Below are positions 1-8,540 of a stretch of DNA of 64,000 nt, piece after piece (the first letter of the stretch is position 1; every line of letters begins with the position of its first letter). A model generated the notes under the pieces. That model worked only from the letters and a program-made list of their open reading frames with translations, searched no databases and was not told the DNA's origin. The stretch comes from a virus. The stretch covers positions 1 through 64,000 of the IMG/VR virus record IMGVR_UViG_3300016665_000824. The stretch is one strand, 5' to 3'. The translations under genes were made by a program, and so were the position numbers.

Positions 1-252
1 TGCTTTTTTTATTGCCTTGTTTTTTTGTTTTTTTGTCCAAAAAGGTCAACTTTTTGAGGCTAGGATCACTTAGATCTTTCCTTATGGATCAAAAATTCAT
101 TGCCTGTGACTTCACCCGATCGCAGGCAAAATAAATGTACCTATAGATAATCAGGAGGTGATTTTATTCACGACATAGGGTGGCTTAAGCAGTATGCACC
201 CGAACTGCTTAAGCTTTATCAGGAAGTAGCGCAAGATCAATCTCCAGAATAC

Positions 253-462
253 TTGTATGACAGAGATATTCTGATCCCGCCTTCAATCGATACGGGTTGG
301 AAAGTGCTGACAAGCGATCGCCAGTTCAAGCTGTTTACTGGCACACTTGAAGCTTGCCAAAATTATGTGAGTTCGCTAGATCGATCTCAACCTTTAATCT
401 TGAGGGATGGTAGCGGCGATCGCCATATCGTCCCGTTCAAAATCATCATCACCCAAAGCTAA
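253..462 (+). CDS. hypothetical small protein
   Basis: 69-codon ORF with TTG start; frame is open back to 151 and an AGGAGG lies at about 153-158, so true start uncertain. Confidence 0.4.
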   Translation: MYDRDILIPPSIDTGWKVLTSDRQFKLFTGTLEACQNYVSSLDRSQPLILRDGSGDRHIVPFKIIITQS

Positions 463-552
463 CCCGTGAGTCCCGTGCGATCTACGGGTTGGCTTTTGTT
501 TGTCGCTGTTGCCGAGGCGTAGATGATCGGGTTTTTACTGGAGGCTGTTGCC

Positions 553-723
553 ATGACTATTAAAGAACTACATGAAAAGCTAAGATCCATCCAAAAGGAT
601 CTTTGGCAAAGTGAAGATCCAGAAGCTCCTTATTATGTGGAGCCTAAAAAAGCAGATCCCTCTTTGGCAGATCGTTTGTGCGATCAAGCCAACGAACGGT
701 ATTACGACTGTTTTACTGGTTAG
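553..723 (+). CDS. hypothetical small protein
   Basis: ORF; ATG at 553 preceded by GGAGG about 9 nt upstream (longer version from 523 possible). Confidence 0.5.
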   Translation: MTIKELHEKLRSIQKDLWQSEDPEAPYYVEPKKADPSLADRLCDQANERYYDCFTG

Positions 724-866
724 ACTTCAAACAATATCTACCAAACCCCTCAAGCTAGCTCTGGCTATAGCTTCTGGGGTTTCTTTAGATATTGCTATTT
801 ATTAGACTTTGGGTTTTACCCCATGTACCATAAGGGGCGTTACTCGCGATAAGAGATGGAGTTTTT

Positions 867-1169
867 GTGTTAGTTAAAAAAGAATATGCAAACGGCTCAA
901 CCGCGGTGTGGGTACAAGGGGTTGAGAAACCTCTCCGTATTGGCAAATCGATTCGCCAGCATTTCGGGGAAAACAGATCACTTGAGGATCTGCCAGATGG
1001 ATGGGAGTCGGATTTCCCTATCGACTACCAAATCACGAAATACGACTCGGATCTCCCTTGCTACTGTCATGAAGTCGAGATCGATCTTGACGGCTTAAAA
1101 GTGTCTGGCTTTATTGTAGGAGACCACGGCATAAGGACGGGAGCACACCCTATTCTAAAACTAGCCTAA
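867..1169 (+). CDS. hypothetical protein
   Basis: 100-codon ORF, GTG start with purine-rich SD-like sequence upstream. Confidence 0.5.
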   Translation: MLVKKEYANGSTAVWVQGVEKPLRIGKSIRQHFGENRSLEDLPDGWESDFPIDYQITKYDSDLPCYCHEVEIDLDGLKVSGFIVGDHGIRTGAHPILKLA

Positions 1170-1171
1170 CT

Positions 1172-1216
1172 TTTGTGGCAATATTGACGCAATCTTGCTA
1201 TAATATTGCCACAAAA
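1172..1216. promoter_or_regulatory. perfect 15-bp inverted repeat (TTTTGTGGCAATATT / AATATTGCCACAAAA) with 16-nt spacer containing a TATAAT hexamer; operator-like or terminator hairpin
   Basis: read directly in the intergenic gap between ORFs ending 1169 and starting 1233; arms contain the TTTGTGG/CCACAAA motif seen at other control regions. Confidence 0.5.
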
Positions 1217-1232
1217 CTAAGTTTCGAGCCTC

Positions 1233-1526
1233 ATGAAAATACACACAAACCTCAACCTGACTCTTTGCACTTACGAGAATGCTATTGAGCAGGTCGGGAT
1301 TGAATATCACAAAGCTACGCGATCGCATGGATTCTTTAGCTCCCCCCATGAGCTTAAAGCCGTGCTAGAGGAAGAATTAGATGAGTTTTGGGATTCGGTA
1401 AAAGCCAATGACCCCGATCCTCAAGAACTTATTCAAATTGCTGCTACCGCGATCGCTGGAGTTGTCTGGCTATCGCGCAAAGCATCCCAAGAACTAGAAC
1501 TAACTAGAACTAAAAAAGAAGGGTAA
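1233..1526 (+). CDS. hypothetical protein; weak resemblance to MazG-like all-alpha NTP pyrophosphohydrolase (EEELDE motif)
   Basis: 97-codon ORF; acidic EExxE/D cluster followed by a hydrophobic helix; motif-level only. Confidence 0.45.
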   Translation: MKIHTNLNLTLCTYENAIEQVGIEYHKATRSHGFFSSPHELKAVLEEELDEFWDSVKANDPDPQELIQIAATAIAGVVWLSRKASQELELTRTKKEG

Positions 1527-1529
1527 CAC

Positions 1530-1802
1530 ATGAGTAAAAAGCTCGCCTACAATATCTTCACCGAAGAGATGAATGATGCCTTACACGCTATGGAACCCCA
1601 CTTTCTAGCCGTGCTCCCCTTGTTAAACCCTTCTTACGATCCTAATGCTGCTCTTGAGCGAAAACAAGAAGAAGAGAAGGAGCGCCAGTTATATATTACG
1701 GCTGTAGACAACCTCAAAAAGAGGGGCGTACACCGTACTATGTCGGTCATGTCTGATGAATTTGAGGATTTGATCGACGCAGAGATGGATAGCTTAAGAT
1801 AG
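1530..1802 (+). CDS. hypothetical protein
   Basis: 90-codon ORF starting 4 nt after the previous stop. Confidence 0.55.
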   Translation: MSKKLAYNIFTEEMNDALHAMEPHFLAVLPLLNPSYDPNAALERKQEEEKERQLYITAVDNLKKRGVHRTMSVMSDEFEDLIDAEMDSLR

Positions 1803-1901
1803 CTGCCACAATAATCTTTTGAATCACAGTAGAGCAAGCAAGAGGCTTTGCTGTGGAAGTATTATGTGAATTAAATTTATTGTTATTGGAGAATTTTTGC
1901 C

Positions 1902-2114
1902 ATGACTACTATCAACAGCAACGATATCTATAAGCAGTCCGCCTTTGACGGCGGGATCTACGTCAAGCAGATTGACGTAGATTACTGGTACGCCGTCGCT
2001 GAACGCTACATGGGTAGCGGAAAAACAAAAGCAGAGGCGATCTCCTCTGCGAAGAATAACGTCGGTAACAACTTCTGGCTGGTACTGCCAGAGGAGGAGT
2101 TTATCACAGCCTAG
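1902..2114 (+). CDS. hypothetical small protein
   Basis: 70-codon ORF, ATG with GGAGAA upstream. Confidence 0.5.
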   Translation: MTTINSNDIYKQSAFDGGIYVKQIDVDYWYAVAERYMGSGKTKAEAISSAKNNVGNNFWLVLPEEEFITA

Positions 2115-2303
2115 TCACCCACACATCTGGAATGCTCATGAAAGATCATGGGCGACAGGGTTCGACTCCCTGAGTTTGTAGCGATCGCAGGTTCTTATGC
2201 CCTGCATCTAGGTTGAAGTCCTAGCGATCGCATTCCGTACATATCACGCTGGTACGGCAGCAAAAAACTATCGCCACAAGAATAATAGTGGCAGGACAGA
2301 ATC

Positions 2304-2621
2304 ATGACCGTTGTTGTAGCAGCACACAAACAAACTTATGCGACCCGCGAATACCCCTGCCACGAGCCTTTCGTGGTGGAAACCTACAGAGCCATCGCTC
2401 AGGATGGCTCTGTAGTGGGGATCTCCCCCGCAACATTCAACTCCTTCCAAGGAGATAGAGGGTATTTCCGAACCGAGCAAACAGGCTCGGAAGCCCCTGA
2501 AAGTTGGGGCACTCCCTTTGAGGAGTTCAAGGAAAGGATGATCCAGCAGGTACGCCCATGCACCTGCGGCTCTGGTGAGCCGTGGTCTTCCTGTGGAGCC
2601 AATTCGCAGTATTGCGGTTAG
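2304..2621 (+). CDS. hypothetical protein with C-terminal SEC-C-like metal-binding motif (C-x-C-G-S-G ... C-G)
   Basis: 105-codon ORF; C-terminus CTCGSGEPWSSCG resembles the SecA C-terminal zinc motif. Confidence 0.55.
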   Translation: MTVVVAAHKQTYATREYPCHEPFVVETYRAIAQDGSVVGISPATFNSFQGDRGYFRTEQTGSEAPESWGTPFEEFKERMIQQVRPCTCGSGEPWSSCGANSQYCG

Positions 2622-2627
2622 CTTCTG

Positions 2628-2653
2628 CGACATCATTCTCTTGAGTGATGTCG
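2628..2653 (+). terminator. 8-bp stem hairpin directly after the stop of ORF 2304-2621
   Basis: CGACATCA ... TGATGTCG inverted repeat; no U-tract, so weak. Confidence 0.3.
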
Positions 2654-2688
2654 TGTACTCCGATAATTCCTAAGCCTCCACGCGGCTC

Positions 2689-2706
2689 GGAGTGGGTAAC
2701 GCCAAT
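2689..2706. repeat. intergenic motif GGAGTGGGTAACGCCAAT (copy 1 of 2)
   Basis: near-identical 18-mer also at 3384-3401; both upstream of genes and preceded by CGCGG; reading frames differ, so not coding conservation. Confidence 0.5.
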
Positions 2707-2731
2707 ATAGGATCGCTCTCATCGCGGCGTA

Positions 2732-3094
2732 ATGAGCAGATATTTCTCAAAAATAATGGAGAAAAAGATGACAGTATTAACCCAAGACGGGCTAGATCCC
2801 GCGGCCATTGATCTTGCTCCCATTGGGCAAGAACTGATCTCCGCCTTTGCGGAGAATCGCGATCCTATCCTTCCCGAAGGGTGGAAAGTCTTTAGGTCTC
2901 TCAATTCCATTGCCGCCCATTATAGGGACGGCAACCCCCAAGAATGGGAGTACTTTGTTCCCGTTGTCACTCTATGGATCGGCACAGGCGAAGCTAGAAA
3001 CACTGGCTTCGTTCGCCATCCGCTTGGGACGTGCGGGTATTGCGGATACCCACATGACAACTGGGGTGAATGCCCTAGCTGTGGAGGATCGTAA
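2732..3094 (+). CDS. hypothetical Cys-rich protein (C-terminal CxxC...CxxC)
   Basis: 120-codon ORF; alternative in-frame ATGs at about 2756 and 2768; C-terminus CGYCGY...CPSCG. Confidence 0.5.
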   Translation: MSRYFSKIMEKKMTVLTQDGLDPAAIDLAPIGQELISAFAENRDPILPEGWKVFRSLNSIAAHYRDGNPQEWEYFVPVVTLWIGTGEARNTGFVRHPLGTCGYCGYPHDNWGECPSCGGS

Positions 3095-3313
3095 ATGAAA
3101 TACTCCGTAATCTGCGAAGATTCACGCCTCACTGAAGCCAAGTTTGATACTCGTGCCGAAGCTGAGGCGTGGCTTCAATCCACCGTCTACCCTGTGGGTC
3201 GGTGGATTGAAGTGTCCGACATCTGCGGATGGTGCGGACAAGACAATATCTTGTCAACTGGCGAGAGTTGTCGAGAGTCAGATGGCTGCTGCGGATACTG
3301 CGGCGCTAACTGA
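3095..3313 (+). CDS. hypothetical Cys-rich small protein
   Basis: 72-codon ORF immediately after previous stop; CGWCG ... CCGYCG motifs. Confidence 0.5.
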   Translation: MKYSVICEDSRLTEAKFDTRAEAEAWLQSTVYPVGRWIEVSDICGWCGQDNILSTGESCRESDGCCGYCGAN

Positions 3314-3383
3314 CCCTCCTGATCGCTGCCGTATCCAAACAGCGATCGCTATGCTCCACAGATCTCAAACCTTCTCGCGGTGT

Positions 3384-3401
3384 GGAGTGAGTAACGCTAA
3401 T
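3384..3401. repeat. intergenic motif GGAGTGAGTAACGCTAAT (copy 2 of 2)
   Basis: see 2689-2706. Confidence 0.5.
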
Positions 3402-3452
3402 TGAGACAATAAAAATATTAGCCGCAAAAATAATGGCGGCAAGGAGAACGTT

Positions 3453-4394
3453 ATGGAATTCGTATTGTTTGACCCCCGCCCCGCATCCTTGGCTTCCGAA
3501 CAAGCCAGAATCCTTGTTCTTCGTGAGCAAGGCTACACCATTGTCGGTGTAGAGGTTACAGTCCCCGCGCTTGCGGGATTGTGTGACGTAAACATTGACC
3601 CCCAGCACGGGACTGGGGGCGACTCTTCAATGTCAGCGATCGCCTTGATTGCCAAGCACGGAATCGACCTTATCCCCAAAGGGGCGCAAAAGGTGGCATT
3701 TGCCACCGTGCGTCCTGACTTGGACAGCTTCGGAGGGATCGCCCTCCTGTGGTGGGAGCTACAAGCTCCTTATTCTGTGCAGCAGCATAGCTCCTCGGCT
3801 ATGCGATCGCGCATTCAAGCCATTCACCTGAGCGACACGTTCGCTCGCGGGGAATGGCAACCCCGTGAGTTAGGTACGGGCGAGGATAGTTACCTCGCAG
3901 CGATCGCTCGTTGTGTGAGCGATTTTAAACTGCCGATGCGCGATCGCGTTGAAGCCGTCCAGCGCTGGCTGGAAAATGGGTTGGAGCCTATTGGCTACCG
4001 ATCCGCATACGAATTGGAGCAGACAGAAATTTCGTCTGCTCTTAACATGGGAGAGATTACTGTAGATCTCTCCGAGCGATACGGCTACCCCGCCGAGGGA
4101 AAAGTCGTAGTAGTTCAATCCCGCCATCGGGCAGGGACAACTATGGGCTATACACAGGCTCCTGTTGTAGTAGCGCTCAATCCAGCGCTCGAATTTCGGG
4201 GAGTTATGACCCGCAAGTTTACCGTCTGTCAGTACCGCACTGGCTATGTAAATCTTCCTGCTGTATTGCAGGAACTTGCCTCCCTTGAGGCTGGCTGGGG
4301 CGGTTCGCCCACGATCATCGGCTCTCCCCAAGGGTCGGATTCTAATCTGCCACTGGAAACGGTGGTGGAAATTGTGACTAAGCACCTGCTATAG
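3453..4394 (+). CDS. hypothetical protein (313 aa)
   Basis: long ORF; ATG preceded by AAGGAG 6-7 nt upstream; no domain recognised. Confidence 0.7.
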   Translation: MEFVLFDPRPASLASEQARILVLREQGYTIVGVEVTVPALAGLCDVNIDPQHGTGGDSSMSAIALIAKHGIDLIPKGAQKVAFATVRPDLDSFGGIALLWWELQAPYSVQQHSSSAMRSRIQAIHLSDTFARGEWQPRELGTGEDSYLAAIARCVSDFKLPMRDRVEAVQRWLENGLEPIGYRSAYELEQTEISSALNMGEITVDLSERYGYPAEGKVVVVQSRHRAGTTMGYTQAPVVVALNPALEFRGVMTRKFTVCQYRTGYVNLPAVLQELASLEAGWGGSPTIIGSPQGSDSNLPLETVVEIVTKHLL

Positions 4395-4397
4395 TCA

Positions 4398-4435
4398 CAA
4401 CCCTTTTAGTAAGCTTACGAATTTGCGTAGCTTAC
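4398..4435 (+). terminator. 16-bp perfect stem hairpin after ORF 3453-4394
   Basis: TTTTAGTAAGCTTACG aatttg CGTAGCTTACTAAAA read directly. Confidence 0.55.
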
Positions 4436-4475
4436 TAAAAGGTTGATTATCGTAAACATTAAATTAGTAATCATC

Positions 4476-4730
4476 ATGACAGAACAACAAAAAAATTGGC
4501 GAATTTCCATTGGTATTCATCGCGGTACGATGACGAGTCGCGACAACAATCTAGTGTACGAACACTTTGACGATCCGACAAAGCCCTTAATCTCTCTTGA
4601 GGAGTGTCGCGAGACAGCTAAAAAGTGGGAAGAAAGCTACCACTCTATGGGCTACTTCATCTGGTTTGGCACAGCCATCTCTCCAGATGGCGAACCTACA
4701 GACGTTTTGCAGGGTGCGCCATATCGTTAA
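4476..4730 (+). CDS. hypothetical protein
   Basis: ORF; ATG at 4476 chosen over upstream TTG 4443. Confidence 0.5.
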   Translation: MTEQQKNWRISIGIHRGTMTSRDNNLVYEHFDDPTKPLISLEECRETAKKWEESYHSMGYFIWFGTAISPDGEPTDVLQGAPYR

Positions 4731-4769
4731 TGGCAAATAATCAGCAAGTAAAGACAACAAGGGAAAACA

Positions 4770-5381
4770 ATGACTCACATTTATTCAATCTTTAACAACG
4801 ATCATTACGATCGCCTTCTAGAACAATTTGAATTTAAACCAAGACTCAAGCTCGCTAAGATTTCCGAGAAATATGGCTTTGAGTATTGGCTTGAGGTTCT
4901 CAAAATAGAGGTAAAAGATATCTGGTTCTTCTACCTCTTCGACGAGGCACTCGCCTATCACTGGTGCTCTCCGCAGACGTATCATGCTCTTGGGTATGTG
5001 GGATGCTGGTATGACGTAAACTCGCTAGTAGTCCCCCATACTATTACTCGTGACGGGGTGATTCTTGCTAACGGCGGAACTGTTCACCCAGAGTATCTTG
5101 AAGACGGAGAATTCCGATACCACAACTGGTTTGAAGATCAAATAGAAGTATCTGGCGCTGATAATGACGGGAACGCAGAGAGATCTATTCTCATCCATGA
5201 TTTTGCCACTCACGAAGGCGAGTTTTCGTTAGAAGAGCTTGGCGTTGACCAGCAAGATATCGAGTGTTTAACAGCCGCCGAGGTGCTATCAAAAGCCTAC
5301 GAAGCGGTGCTTGAGTATCGTAATGGATGGGGGCACGAAAGTTTGTTTAACTTATTCGAGAAGGAGGCGATCGCTGTATGA
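4770..5381 (+). CDS. hypothetical protein (203 aa)
   Basis: ORF with protein-like composition; no domain recognised. Confidence 0.6.
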   Translation: MTHIYSIFNNDHYDRLLEQFEFKPRLKLAKISEKYGFEYWLEVLKIEVKDIWFFYLFDEALAYHWCSPQTYHALGYVGCWYDVNSLVVPHTITRDGVILANGGTVHPEYLEDGEFRYHNWFEDQIEVSGADNDGNAERSILIHDFATHEGEFSLEELGVDQQDIECLTAAEVLSKAYEAVLEYRNGWGHESLFNLFEKEAIAV

Positions 5382-5569
5382 CTGACGCAGAAAGAATTGA
5401 GTTGCTAGAAAAACAGGTTGCCGAGCTTCAAGAGTTTGCGCGATCGCTTGTTGCTGAACTTAAATACGCCTATGTCAATCTCGAAAGCGACCGCACCTCC
5501 TACCTAGTAATGGAGAAGGATTACCTTTTCCAAGAAAAAGTTGAAACCTTTTCTAAGGAACCCGAATAG
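5378..5569 (+). CDS. hypothetical small coiled-coil-like protein
   Basis: ATGA start/stop overlap with upstream gene. Confidence 0.55.
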   Translation: MTDAERIELLEKQVAELQEFARSLVAELKYAYVNLESDRTSYLVMEKDYLFQEKVETFSKEPE

Positions 5570-5636
5570 GTGCGCTACATGAATCTCTGCTGCCTGTCGT
5601 GTCTGGTGGGCTGACTACGAACAACCAAACAAACCG

Positions 5637-5670
5637 AAAGCCACTGACTTCATATGGAAACAGTGGCTTT
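5637..5670 (+). terminator. hairpin (10-bp stem) followed by T-rich tract
   Basis: AAAGCCACTG ... CAGTGGCTTT then cttgtgc, downstream of ORF ending 5569. Confidence 0.5.
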
Positions 5671-5705
5671 CTTGTGCAAACAAATATTTACAGGAGAAAT
5701 CTATC

Positions 5706-5960
5706 ATGGCTAGTTACATTGTGTCCGTCGGCTCCAATAAGGAGCTAATCGTTCGCGCTCGTAATGCGGATCACGCAAACGAGAAGGCAGAATTGCGTCT
5801 TCTCCGTAGTGGCGATCGCTTAAACCCTGTACTCCCCCATCTAACTCGCAGGGTGTCCGAAGTCGAAGCCTTCAAGCTTCAGGTGTCAGGATACCTCGAC
5901 GACGTTGCCGAGGAAATCGAGGATCTTCTCGACGAAATCGGAGGTGAGTACGCATGGTAG
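5706..5960 (+). CDS. hypothetical protein
   Basis: ORF; AGGAG about 9 nt upstream of ATG. Confidence 0.55.
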   Translation: MASYIVSVGSNKELIVRARNADHANEKAELRLLRSGDRLNPVLPHLTRRVSEVEAFKLQVSGYLDDVAEEIEDLLDEIGGEYAW

Positions 5961-6166
5961 TCGCCACCATGTCAGATCGCGCCGCCCTCTTGGTTGGCGA
6001 TGTCTCCGACAGAGTCCTAAGTCAACTTCGACTCTACGGACTAGCGCCACAAGTCCAACAGGATTTGTGGGGATATAGACGCGAGTTTGTGGTAATATTG
6101 AACGATTCAGATCGGAAAGCCGCCTTTGCGATCGCCTGCAATAATCTCAAAATCCAAGTCAAATAA
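5954..6166 (+). CDS. hypothetical protein
   Basis: ORF overlapping previous stop by 7 nt. Confidence 0.5.
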   Translation: MVVATMSDRAALLVGDVSDRVLSQLRLYGLAPQVQQDLWGYRREFVVILNDSDRKAAFAIACNNLKIQVK

Positions 6167-6171
6167 TCAAT

Positions 6172-6204
6172 CGCCAAAGATCGCGGTCTAGGCAATCTTT
6201 GGCG
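6172..6204 (+). terminator. 10-bp stem hairpin after ORF 5954-6166
   Basis: CGCCAAAGAT ... ATCTTTGGCG; no U-tract. Confidence 0.3.
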
Positions 6205-6226
6205 CGTCCACATACCTGCAAAGAAT

Positions 6227-6478
6227 ATGAAGAACAGCATTAATTATTACATGAGTGAGGTCACAGCACCTCCTGAGATTGAAAGCTTAATGAGGGGCTT
6301 GGATCTCTATGATTTATCCGAGTTGATCCGATCCTTAGCCGAGGCGATCGCTACAAAGTATTTTGAGTTGCACAACAGAAACCTGTCTTACTCACCCGAA
6401 ATCGCTGACTGGCTTCGAGTTCAATCCTGCGACACATGGGTTCGGGTATTGCGCTGGCTAGCAATGGAGGTGATTTAG
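6227..6478 (+). CDS. hypothetical protein
   Basis: 83-codon ORF. Confidence 0.5.
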   Translation: MKNSINYYMSEVTAPPEIESLMRGLDLYDLSELIRSLAEAIATKYFELHNRNLSYSPEIADWLRVQSCDTWVRVLRWLAMEVI

Positions 6479-6790
6479 GTGAAGTTCACTCCATTGCTAC
6501 TGTCCCTAGCCCTGTTCCCTGCCCCCACATGGGCAACAAAAAACATCAATACCCCCATTGAAAGTCAGCCCTGTACGACTATCGCCATTCCAAACGGAGG
6601 AACAGCTTGTGTGCCTCCGAAGGTGTCGCAGCGATTCAATGCGGCTCCTCGGATTGTCAAGCTGGGAGACACGATTCGCACTTATTACGAGACAAATGCT
6701 CGCCGTATCTGTCATGGATGGGGTGGTACTTATATCATGCCTCGCCCTGACGAGGAGCGAGCTTGGGATTGTTTCAAGGTTCAAGATTAG
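6479..6790 (+). CDS. small secreted Cys-containing protein (predicted N-terminal signal peptide)
   Basis: GTG start with GGAGG upstream; N-terminus MKFTPLLLSLALFPAPTWA is signal-peptide-like; 4 Cys in mature part. Confidence 0.55.
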   Translation: MKFTPLLLSLALFPAPTWATKNINTPIESQPCTTIAIPNGGTACVPPKVSQRFNAAPRIVKLGDTIRTYYETNARRICHGWGGTYIMPRPDEERAWDCFKVQD

Positions 6791-6803
6791 AGGTTATTAG
6801 GGT

Positions 6804-7199
6804 ATGCACGAAATCAAATTTATAAGAAACCCTCTGTCTTCCAAAGACGAGAATGATTGGCAAAACACAGCCCACGAATGGCTATTAACTCTCAACGGAG
6901 TATCTTTTCGGTATTACACAGGTATAGGACATCGAACTCCACAAATGTCCTATACAGCTTCTCTTGTGGAGATCTTAAGAAGATCAAAACCTGTCACCCC
7001 AAAACTCGAAGATATTCTTGAGAGCCTTCGACTCGACGCAAGCGCAAGACTCATGTCCTTTCAAGACTGGTGTGATGAATTTGGCTACGACCAAGACTCA
7101 ATAAAAGCGTTAAACCTTTACACGCAATGTTCCAATACTTGGGATTTGCTTAAGAGGGCTGGGGTAGATCCACGAATTGTAAACACAGAGGAGGGCTAA
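6804..7199 (+). CDS. hypothetical protein
   Basis: 131-codon ORF. Confidence 0.55.
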   Translation: MHEIKFIRNPLSSKDENDWQNTAHEWLLTLNGVSFRYYTGIGHRTPQMSYTASLVEILRRSKPVTPKLEDILESLRLDASARLMSFQDWCDEFGYDQDSIKALNLYTQCSNTWDLLKRAGVDPRIVNTEEG

Positions 7200-7203
7200 C
7201 TCT

Positions 7204-7431
7204 ATGCACCTAGACACATCCGACGGGCAATACCTTGCTCAGCATCTTGCCGACAACATCATCAACGGCAACTGGAGCTATGTTCAAGAGGAATTTCAAA
7301 AGCTCAATGCCTTGCAAGCTGTTTATGTCTTCGGGCTTTTTGAGTCCGAGGAATATCTAGGCAAAGCAGATCGAGAGCGACTGGCAAGAGTTTTTTCGAG
7401 GGAGATGAATGATGTACAGCCGCAAGACTAG
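7204..7431 (+). CDS. hypothetical protein
   Basis: ORF; GAGGAGG upstream of ATG. Confidence 0.55.
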   Translation: MHLDTSDGQYLAQHLADNIINGNWSYVQEEFQKLNALQAVYVFGLFESEEYLGKADRERLARVFSREMNDVQPQD

Positions 7432-7588
7432 GGATGTCTACGTCATCCAATTCAAGTATCAAGATCAGCCTTGGGAGGACATCTCCGAGGCTGACACCCT
7501 AGCTGATAAAAACTACCAGCTACAAGAATATCGCTTAGCAGGCGGTGGTCAATACCGCGCAGTTAAGCGGCGAGTCTCAATCAATTAA
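7409..7588 (+). CDS. possible small ORF (59 aa)
   Basis: ATG-initiated ORF below the 60-aa track cutoff; overlaps end of 7204-7431 in another frame. Confidence 0.25.
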   Translation: MMYSRKTRDVYVIQFKYQDQPWEDISEADTLADKNYQLQEYRLAGGGQYRAVKRRVSIN

Positions 7589-7636
7589 TCAATTGCAACT
7601 CTTCGGAATCCGAAGGGTTGCTCTAGGAGAAAACAC

Positions 7637-8338
7637 ATGGATTTAACACAATTGCGCGGGATTGATTACCAAAGGCAAACAGCCATCAAGAAGATTATTC
7701 TGGGCTTAAACGATCCAGAAAAATACGAGGCTGTGCGTGAATGGCGCGATCGCTTACACAGCGAGCCGTTTAACTACGAATTAAAGCTCCGAGCTGTTGA
7801 CTCGATCATGGATGCTCATGGAGTAGAAGTCCTGATTGCTGACGAGACTGGTAAGGCGATCGCCTCCTACGTCAACACAGGCGACACCTATAGCGCCACA
7901 GTGTTGTACGACCACGAGGAAGAAGAGTTTCTCATCACCTCTTGGGGTGACTTCTACGAGGAGTGGAAAGCCGAAAACGTCATTGAGGTCAACTGCAAAG
8001 ATGTCGCTAAGTATATCCATAAAGTTTCTCATTCTGAGTATATCGAGTGGGCGGAGCTTGTTGAAGGCGGTCGCGACGAATATGACTCCGAAGAGGACTT
8101 TCTTGAAGACGCTTATCTTGACATCCGCCTTCAAATTATGGAAGACGGAAGATGGTCTCTGCCATACGGATCTTCGGACTTCGATCAAGACCACCGTGGT
8201 GCTTGGGGCAGCTCCAGCGTCGGCAAGTGTGTGTCGATGGAGAAGGCAATGGAAATCGCCAGAGATTTGATTGAGCAGGCTGCGGAGTCTGCTGGCTGCT
8301 GTTTGACTAAGACTGTGAGGGTTTACAACGATGACTAG
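7637..8338 (+). CDS. hypothetical acidic protein (233 aa)
   Basis: ORF; AGGAG upstream of ATG. Confidence 0.65.
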   Translation: MDLTQLRGIDYQRQTAIKKIILGLNDPEKYEAVREWRDRLHSEPFNYELKLRAVDSIMDAHGVEVLIADETGKAIASYVNTGDTYSATVLYDHEEEEFLITSWGDFYEEWKAENVIEVNCKDVAKYIHKVSHSEYIEWAELVEGGRDEYDSEEDFLEDAYLDIRLQIMEDGRWSLPYGSSDFDQDHRGAWGSSSVGKCVSMEKAMEIARDLIEQAAESAGCCLTKTVRVYNDD

Positions 8339-8540
8339 TATTGTCGGACTATCTACTGACGGAACGTTTGAGGGCGAACTGTATCGCACAGCAGAAATGC
8401 TTGTCGAAATTGCGGAGAAAGACGGCGTTTACTTCGCGATCGCCTTTATTCATGACTTGGGTTACACACATGAAGACCTTAAAAAATTATTACCTATCCT
8501 CCAAAGCACTAGTGGAGCTATCAAGAAGTATGACAACTAG
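8331..8540 (+). CDS. hypothetical protein
   Basis: ORF overlapping previous stop by 8 nt. Confidence 0.5.
   Translation: MTSIVGLSTDGTFEGELYRTAEMLVEIAEKDGVYFAIAFIHDLGYTHEDLKKLLPILQSTSGAIKKYDN

Noticed and set aside
1-60. T-rich tract at the window start (possible terminator tail or packaging-related sequence)
   Set aside because: Truncated by the window edge; no stem visible, so it cannot be interpreted.
2150-2182. tRNA-like T-arm (CAGGG TTCGACT CCCTG followed by a 7-nt acceptor-like strand) in the 190-nt gap at 2115-2303, which could have been a tRNA gene or attP core
   Set aside because: No complementary 5' acceptor strand, D-arm or anticodon arm within the preceding ~75 nt, and no integrase gene in the window; treated as a chance hairpin.
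3870-4385. 171-aa ORF on the minus strand antisense to the 313-aa gene
   Set aside because: Same reasoning: antisense shadow ORF without start context.
7781-8389. 202-aa ORF on the minus strand antisense to gene 7637-8338
   Set aside because: Fully overlaps a better-supported + strand gene; Ser/Leu/Val-rich antisense-type composition; would break the uniformly + strand early block.
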